Assembly: GCA_023231475.1 (NCBI GenBank)
Contig: JALJEE010001868.1
Location: forward strand, 1 to 41,205
Direction of reading: 5' to 3'
DNA length: 41,205 nucleotides
Source: Seison nebaliae
Taxonomy: Eukaryota
The translations under genes and the position numbers were made by a program. The notes below the pieces were generated by a model. The model worked only from the letters and a program-made list of their open reading frames with translations, searched no databases and was not told the DNA's origin. Shown piece by piece: positions 33,001 to 41,205 of this stretch (its first letter is position 1; every line of letters starts with the position of its first letter).

Positions 33001-36000
33001 TGGTTCGAGAACGTTCAAACGGCGATAACGAGTGCGAAATTACCGAAAACTTTATCGGAATGTAATCCGTTAAGTCGAATGCAAAATGAACGTCGAATCG
33101 ATTTGGAAGGAAAAGTTTCAAGAATTTTGAATTTGAAAAATTCGTGTAGTAAATTGAAATCGTGTGAGATTTTCTCTCATCTCAATCTCGACATTTCCTG
33201 CATCGACGAAATTATGGAAATTGAAAAACGAACTTTGACTTCCTGTCGAACTTATGACCAATATTTTTTGTATGCTAAAGAATTATTATTATTCCATGAA
33301 CGGTCGAGAGAAATCGATGTTTGGATCGATGATGTGGAGGAGATGATGCAATCACTGGTTGTGGGTAAATTAATCAAATCGACAAAATCGACAGCTCTCA
33401 ATATCTCCTTTTTCACTTCTCTCATTAATGACGTTTCGGCGAATAATATTCAAATGTTATCGAACGTGCAATTCTCGATTGAAGAACGTCTAACAAATAA
33501 TCGTTCGATGATGAAAGAATTTAATGAGGATTATAAAATAAAAATAGAAAATTTAAAAGAAACTTTAAATCGAGAATTGTCGATGTTGGATCGACATGAT
33601 GATATGAATGAAGATCATCATATGAATGATAATCAATTAACGGAAAAATTGCAAGAGATTATGGAGAAATTGGAGGAGAAAGTTCGGAAAACGAATGATC
33701 GATACAAATCTATCAGTGATTGTATTCAATTATCGAAGAAAGCGATTCAAATCGCTGTCAAATATCAAGGCTTCGTTTTACTCCATTACGAAGTAGAGAT
33801 GTGGTTGAGTGAAAAGACACAGACACTCCACAATGATGCTACCACCACCGTTCCATCAGCCATCGAAGATGGTGACGATAATAAAGGTTCCTTCGACGAA
33901 TTGAACACCACACAACAACAACAAGAACAACAACGTCAGAATCAGACGAATTTAAGATCGAAAATGCAGAGACATTTAGTATTGATCGCTGAATTGAATA
34001 AGAATCGTCAAGAAATTCAAAAAGTGAACGAGGAATATGAAGAATTTAGTGAATTGTGTCGGAAATTGTTACCGGAAGATGATGGTTCATCGACATCGGA
34101 TTTATTGCATGATGGTGAAGAGAAAGCGAATTCGTTAACGAAATTATTTGATTCTCTTATCATTCTATCGAATGAGAAAAAACAACTTATTCAACAATCA
34201 CTTTCCACAATTCTCTTTTTACGGAATTGTACCGATTTCCTCGCATGGGTTGATGACGTAGAAATACAAATACAATCATCAGACGCTTTCGTAAATAAAG
34301 ATTATTCAGTAGGAGATGCGTTACAAAATCGAGAGAAACATGAACGATTAGAACAGATGGTGAAGGAACATCAAAATGTTCTGGATCGTTTGAAAGAAGA
34401 ATCGTCGGAATTATTGGAAGATATTTTAATTAGTGAGAAACAGAAAACGGATGATTTGAGACAAGAAGTAGGAAGAAATATGGATTATTGTCAGAGGAGA
34501 TATGATGAATTAGAACATCCTTTAAATATCCGTCGGAATAATTTAGAGGAATTATTATCGACAAATCGATTAATTAGTGATTTACAAGAAGAGAAAGAGA
34601 CGTTGAATTGTGAGATTATTCGATCGTTAAAACAAAGTATTGGAGAAGTGGAACGATTACAAAAAACAACTGATGTAACAATTGATGAGAATGGTCATCC
34701 TTCATTTATCATCAATTATTCGACGGGACAACAGAAACAGAAAGAATTACATCAATTACGTTCCGATATGAATATGTTGACAGGAAATCGTCATGTCTTA
34801 TGTCAAAGAACGTTAGAGAAAGTGGATCAATTGAATGAGAAAAATAATAATTCTTTCAATCAAATCATTCATGAATTATTGGAAAATATTCGACAATTGG
34901 AGGAGGAGTCACTTCAATTGATCGAGAAATATTCTACCATTCTCAACGATCATGTCACTTATGAAAAATTGAAAAATGATTTGAGTATTTTCCACGAATG
35001 GTTGGATGAACGTGAAATTCGAATTGATCGATTAACAACTCATTTAATCGGTTCATCTAATTTGGATTCAGGAGGAATTTCAGGAAATTCAAATTCTTCT
35101 GATAATTTCATATCGAATCTCTCATTCAACGATATCGAGAAACAAGAAAAGAAATTGAAACAAATGAGAATGGACATCGATGTGTATGAAGAACATGAAT
35201 TGAGTGAAATGAAGAAATCGTTGACGGATGTGTTGGAATCGGAACATTTCGCACGTCAATTAGTTTTCGCTCTCAATCAAAATTTGGATAATCGATGGAA
35301 AAGAGTAAAATCGAAAATAAATTTTCAAACTGATCAATTATCATCGATTAAAAATATTTTAGATTTTTATTCAAAAATCGATTTATTAGAATGTTCGTTG
35401 AAAGACGAACAAATTCAATTAAGTTCTGATGATTATGGTGACGATGCGGAACATGCCGAAAATTTGTTACAACGTTGTGAATTGAGGAAAGTGCAAATTG
35501 AAGGAATGACGAAATTGTTGAATGAATTGGAAAGAACGGCACAACAATTGTGTGAGAGTTCTTATACTCCCGAAATGGAAGTTCGTCGAATTGATGGAAA
35601 ATGTCACGAGGCGATCGATTCCCTCAATGCCGTCCAAACAACTTATGATCGACGAGTAGAATTATTGAATAATTCCATCAGATATTTAGCGTTCGAACGA
35701 GATTGTGAAGATATCGTGTCATGGCTCCAGATCAAACGATTGACAATCAAAAGTCAATTTTCGTCAAATGTAGAGAAACGATTAATCGATCAGAAATTCT
35801 CCCAAATGAATCTTTATAAAGAATTCTGTGAATTGCGTGATGGAAATGATGTTGAAGCTATTCAAATCCTTCTACGACGACATGATGCTCTCATGAGAGA
35901 ATTGGCAACGATCGACGAACAAATGATACCCATCAAAGAAGAAGCAAATATCATTTTATGTTTCGAAAAGAAAACTCAACGAAATGATAGAGTGAAAAGA

Positions 36001-39000
36001 CGAATGAGATTACTTGAGAATGAATTAGGCGATTTGAGATATTTGTCAGCTGTTTATTTCGTTTTACTCGTCCAAACATACAGTTTCCATCAAATCAATT
36101 TATATCATAAATATTTGGAATCGACATTTCAGGAATTATTGAAACGAATAACAACACCAAATTTGAATGCTTTACTCGTTGATCATAATAGTCATGGTTC
36201 ATCCGATCAGATTGGAGGGACGTCAATTATTCAAAATGTAATAAGAAAACACGATTTATTCGTAGAACAATTGAAACAAATTGGAAATAAATTAAATCAT
36301 TTTGAATTAATATCGAAAGGAATTATGAATAAACCGATCGAACTTAAACAATTGTTACAAGGCGAATGGAATGATGATAAATCGACATCAATTGACGATA
36401 TCATCGCTATGTCGGAAGCATTTGATGAAAGTGGGAGAATTATTCAAATGTTCCAAATGAGTCAAATCGACATGAAACAACATTTGGCTTCTCGAGATAT
36501 TTTAATGAGAATTAATGAATTAAATCTCCTTTCTAAACAAGTCAATGACACGTCAGTTCAAAGAACGAAACTTTATAACACAGCTCTTCAAGCTGTCGAA
36601 TTATTGGAGGAGATTCGAGAACTGGAAGATTGGCTCACCGTTTTTAACGATAAACAAGAATTACGATTCAATATTAATGTGACGGAAGATAGTATCGATA
36701 AATTGGATCAATACATTAAACAACATGAGGAGGTGATGAAGTTGTTGGAGGATAAACGAATCAAATTCTACGAACTTCGACATACAACCGAAATCGAAAA
36801 ACAATTACGAGAACAGAAAGAACGAGAGGAACAATTACGAGTGGAGACCACAAAAAAAATGAATGAGAAAAATCGAAAATTGAAACATCGACGAGAAAAA
36901 CGAATCGATGAATCACGTCGACGAACTCAGGAAATTGGAAAAACATTATCGAATGTTAATGCCATTATGAATGTTCTTAATGACACGTCACTCATTTCAT
37001 CATTCAACGGAAGTACAGGACAATCGGAAACGAAGAAATTTTCAAATTCCATCGAAAATCCTCCCTCCGAAGACGATACAAATCGACTTGTTTTATCTTC
37101 ACAAAACGACCAATTGACCGTTCCTTCAACTATTCAACATCGTAAGGTTCATAGTGTCATCGAAACAAGTGCAGCTAATCCATCTCGTACTCCTCCACCA
37201 CCACCTCCTCAAAACCATCATCAGGAAGAAAATAACGGTTTTAAAAAGAGCAAATTCGATAAAGAAGAAATATCTCCTAGAGTCATTTTCCATTCGAAAA
37301 CGAAGAGTTTAGGAAGACATCGACGAGATCCCAAACGTACGAGAAGTATTCGAGGACAATTTGCCGTACCGTTAACGATTGGTGAACCAATAATTCAGGG
37401 ATATCTCCAGAAACGAACGACTTTGGTCGAAGGTGGCATGATCTCACCAATCACGTCATGGAGTACCGTTTATGCCACATTCCATCACATGAAATTGTTA
37501 TGTTTCTTCAATTCCCAACAAGGTTCACAATTTCAATATTCATTCAATATTTGAATTTAATTTAAAAAATTTTCAAAAAAATTAATTTCAGATTTTAATG
37601 AATTGAAAGCGATTTGTCGTCCCATAGATTTGACGAATATGAAAAGATTAAATTTAACAACTCCATCAATTCGTCGAGAACAATCACAATTATTGATTAC
37701 TCTACAATTAGATAATGGAATGGAAATGGAATTACAAGCGGATTCAAATTCCTCCCAAAATTCTGAAAGTCACATCATCACCAATCGATGGTATACGATA
37801 TTAGAAGAATATTTATGTTCATATTTTCTTCTTTTTCAGTTATTATTCATAAATCTAAATTTTTCAGTTCCAAAATCACAAACGATTAACCAATCAGAAA
37901 AAACGGTAGATAGACCAAGTGAGTAGAATTTCATTTTCTTTCTTTTTTTTGCATGTTGTGTGTTATTTTGAAAATTTGTTTAGAACCGAAACGTACATCT
38001 CGTCCGTCTATTCCACCACCTCGTCCTCCACCTGAACCTTTTACTGAATTACCTTCATCTAATCCATCAACTAATCAACGGACATCGATGGATGAGAAGA
38101 GGAAAAAGAGGAAATCATCCTCTAAATTCCGTTATATTCCACCCACTATCACTACTGTTACTAACGAAAATAATTTTGATCCTTTTCGCATGCCACAATC
38201 CATACGAAGTGGCTCCATCGATTCATCAGGGTCGATGGAGGGAACAACTAATCCGTTTGGTGTTCGAGTAACCATCCCTTCTGGTACATCTTATTAACAT
38301 TCTCTAATTTCGGCTTTCTATTGTCTCCCTTATCATTTTTAACATTAGTCAACTCATTAATTTCCATTGCTTCATTTCTAGTTGACGCACCGTCGGACGT
38401 CCAACTGAATTGCCATTTATCTGATCAATTGAATAAAGACGATTATATTCCATTGAATGCTGTTTGTTCATCGATACCGATGAATGAGTATAATGGTTCT
38501 GAAGAGAACTACGTCCGCATCGATCATTGTATTAGTCTGATTGATCAGTCGCCTGACCTTTCCTCTCGATTCAGTTTAAGAACAAAGAAAACAAATTCAA
38601 ATATGAGAAATAATAAAAAAAAAGAACGTCGTTTATCGGATGGTCATGAACGATGCATCCAATCATCAGCTTTCGATACTGCCGATTATAATATAATTGC
38701 AAGACCATTCACTGAAAAATTCGATTCTTTAGATGTCTCACTTTCGTTATTAAACGATATCGTTGATCCAAATTCAGGTTGCTCTAATTGCTTCTGATCT
38801 TGCTTCTTTCTTTCCATTCCATCGCTTTTTTTTCGCTCTAACAATTTCTCATTAGTTTTTAAATAATTACAAATATTTATTATAATTTCTTAATTCAGAT
38901 TTAGAAGCGACTTCAAAAGCTGAAGCGGAAACCGGCGACTTTTCCGTCAGTTCCAGTGGATCATCTTCAATCAACACCAATCAACGAGCAAGTACGATGA

Positions 39001-39116
39001 GAACGAGCACGACGAACAAATCGACGAAATCGAAGAAGAAGAAAGGAATATTGTCTTCGCTTTTTAGACGTAGTGGCGGTCAAAAATCTGTGGACAAAAG
39101 TGCAACTGGATTATAA
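24009..39116 (+). CDS. Beta-heavy spectrin (karst / SMA-1 / SPTBN5 class), about 4,800 aa. Short first coding exon 24009-24032 or 24060-24098 (or ATG 24289), then 24289-37522, 37592-37816, 37868-37918, 37984-38283, 38382-38777, 38899-39116
   Basis: Tandem CH actin-binding domain (IQKKTFTKW, LILGLIWTIILRFQI, SAKEALLLWCQ, FTTSWRNGLAFCALIH); long run of Trp-containing spectrin repeats; internal SH3 near 26985-27145 (KTNDDWWLVE..RGYVPANYVKE), typical of invertebrate beta-H; PH domain (IIQGYLQKR..SWSTVYA..WYTIL); basic tail KKKKGILSSLFRR. Confidence 0.95.
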
Positions 39117-39170
39117 GAAATATTTGTATGTGAAGACATTTGTGATATTTATTAACTTTGATTAAATTTA

Positions 39171-39176
39171 AATAAA
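39171..39176 (+). other. Candidate polyadenylation signal of the spectrin gene
   Basis: AATAAA about 55 nt after the stop at 39116; weak evidence in AT-rich DNA. Confidence 0.4.
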
Positions 39177-39549
39177 ATTTGCGTCTTATAAATTCCATAG
39201 TCACCGTTGATCATAAGAGATAGATCATTTCCTTTAATTCCCTATTAAGATAATGAAAATTTAATTCCATTGAAATTGAATAGATAAATATTATCTAAAA
39301 TAGAATGTAACTCACCAAAATTGGAAATCGCCAACGAATCCCACCAACTCATAAAACGATAATATTATGATGTTATTAATAAATTTTGAAATCAACAATG
39401 TTGAACATAGTTCTATAAAAATTATAAACAAATTGGGAATGGAAATTTTATAAAATCTCATTATGGAGAGATACCATAGGACCCAGAGATATCCTTCCAG
39501 ATTGTAAAAGGAGTTTGATGGATCAATTGAACTTGTAAAATTTACCAAT

Positions 39550-41205
39550 TTTTTTAAAATATAACTCACCTGTGAAATTCACAGAGCTTTATCTCGAATT
39601 ATCTGAACTATTGAGTTATGATGTCATTTTTCTATAAGAGACTTGGGGACTTTCTCTCCCGGCTTCCTATTTTAGCATTACTTCTCATAATTTTTTCCTT
39701 TCACCTGCGATTCCACCTAAGAGTATCAACGGTAAATTGAGATCTGGTATGATAATTGTTGTCCATATAATACAACTGTCTAACTTCAGGATCCATTCTG
39801 AAAATATTTGTTCCATTGATATTCATAATATCTTATGTGAGAATTTTTTAAGGGACAATGTCAAGAAATATGTAATTTCGATTATGTTGAATGATTTCAT
39901 GTAGATACCAATGTATGTATGGGTAAACCCTTCGCCATTGGTGGGGATTTTAAGCTTTCTCACATGGATAATGACTTATTATTATGCAGTGGTAATCAGT
40001 TCTATAATATGTTCGATTGTCCATTTGTCGATTTGATGTAATGTGATAATGAATCTATTACAGTCGAATAATCTTCTTTTTAATGTTTTCGAAAGTTATA
40101 TTTCAAAAAAATTTGCACTTTCCGATCATTATGCTATATGCGTATCGTTATATAAATCGTATAAAAAGAGTAAAGACGTCTCGCGAACGTTCAGATTTCC
40201 TATTTGTGGGAATAATCGTTTGATGGCAAGAATTTTAGAGTGCATATGTAATCGATCCTTTATCTCTTTTGATGAATTATCCAAATATTTGAAACAATCT
40301 AGTTTATATTACAAAACCTTTAATAATTCACGAAAATCTATTAGAAACATCCCCAATTTCCAAGAAAGAAAAAATGATTGCAGCTAATCGTAACTATTTG
40401 GTTCTTTTAGATGACATAGCGCTCTTTGAAAAGAAAAGGGCGAGGAAAACATTCAGATATGATGTAAAAGAGCTAATAAGAAGAAATGAAGCGCTAATGT
40501 TCTCTGAGTTAGTACATAATTATAACTCCGCCAAATTTTGGTTTCCCATGAGAAGTAAGAACCATAATTCTATTCATAATATAAGTCTATTCAAGTTAAT
40601 GAATACGTCAACTTCTCCAATTCATGAAGTATCATCGGAATTGAAGTCAGCATTATCTTGCATGAACTTATCTAAATCTTATGGTATCGATGATTGGTGT
40701 CCCAAGTTAGTAGTTGGACTTGATGATAATTCGATTCAATTGACAGCTATTTGGGAGTCTTTCCCATCATTTTTTATTAACAAAGGACATGGAAAACCTG
40801 TATCTGATGTTAACTCGTATCGTCATATTTGTATCACATATGTATCACATCGTACATATATTATCGAACAAGTAATAAAGAATAGATTCTCGCTAAATCT
40901 TTATTGTTCAATGTATCAATTTGCATATCGTAAGATGAGTAGAGGAACTCTTCTACTAGTTTTGTTGTTGAACTTCTTAATCTCATTATGTTGTTCTGAT
41001 AATACGAAATTAGTCTTTTACTTTATTGACGTTTCAAAGGCTTTTGATTTTGTTATTATGAAAGAGGAATTGAGAGTTTTAAAAGAAGCTGGTCTGGACT
41101 CCTTGTCAATTAATTTCATTAACCATATTTCGACCAATGCTCAAGATGAAGTCAAATGGAATTCTTGTCGTTCTGAATTGTTTTCTATTAACAAAGATGT
41201 GTGTC
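39550..41205 (+). mobile_element. Decayed non-LTR retrotransposon ORF2 (APE endonuclease + reverse transcriptase), truncated by the window end
   Basis: APE motifs YDVIFL*ETW (39617-39646, stop in place of Q), GGDFK (near 39944) and LSDHYAI (near 40120). A frame open from 40374 to the end gives KSYGIDD, INKGHGKPVSDVNSYRHICI, QFAYRK, FIDVSKAFDFV and VKWNSCRSELFSINKDV. Stops, a frameshift and apparent internal deletions indicate decay. Confidence 0.9.

Noticed and set aside
1..41205. CRISPR arrays, tRNA/rRNA genes, prokaryotic operons or defence systems
   Set aside because: No repeat-spacer array or recognisable structural RNA was seen by eye; gene content and introns are metazoan. A covariance-model scan would be needed to exclude small ncRNAs.

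Overview
AT-rich, gene-dense eukaryotic (metazoan) genomic DNA in the standard genetic code, with short GT-AG introns (about 30-130 nt). Exon structures were reconstructed by hand from the sequence. In order: the 3' end of an unknown micro-exon gene; a divergent GCN2/EIF2AK4 kinase (minus, about 1,800 aa); eIF1/SUI1 (minus); an intronless orphan ORF of about 920 aa with an Asn-rich tail; a 193-bp CAC...GTG inverted-repeat element with a 4-bp TSD; a decayed 2-Cys peroxiredoxin fragment; a LysM-domain gene; a MARCH2/3-type RING-CH ligase head-to-head with a CEP97-like gene; about 4 kb of mostly non-coding DNA; a very large beta-heavy spectrin (about 4,800 aa, one 13.2-kb exon); and a decayed APE+RT non-LTR retrotransposon running off the right edge. 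The most unusual observations are: (i) most 5' splice sites read GTT rather than GTR; (ii) the GCN2 HisRS-like domain appears to lack the m2 tRNA-sensing motif; (iii) eIF1 retains a poor start-codon context and sits directly upstream of GCN2; (iv) all spectrin tail introns are phase 1. No CRISPR array, tRNA or rRNA was seen. The organism cannot be determined from the sequence alone; a compact-genome invertebrate such as a rotifer relative is only a guess. Protein family calls rest on motifs recognised by eye, not on database searches.
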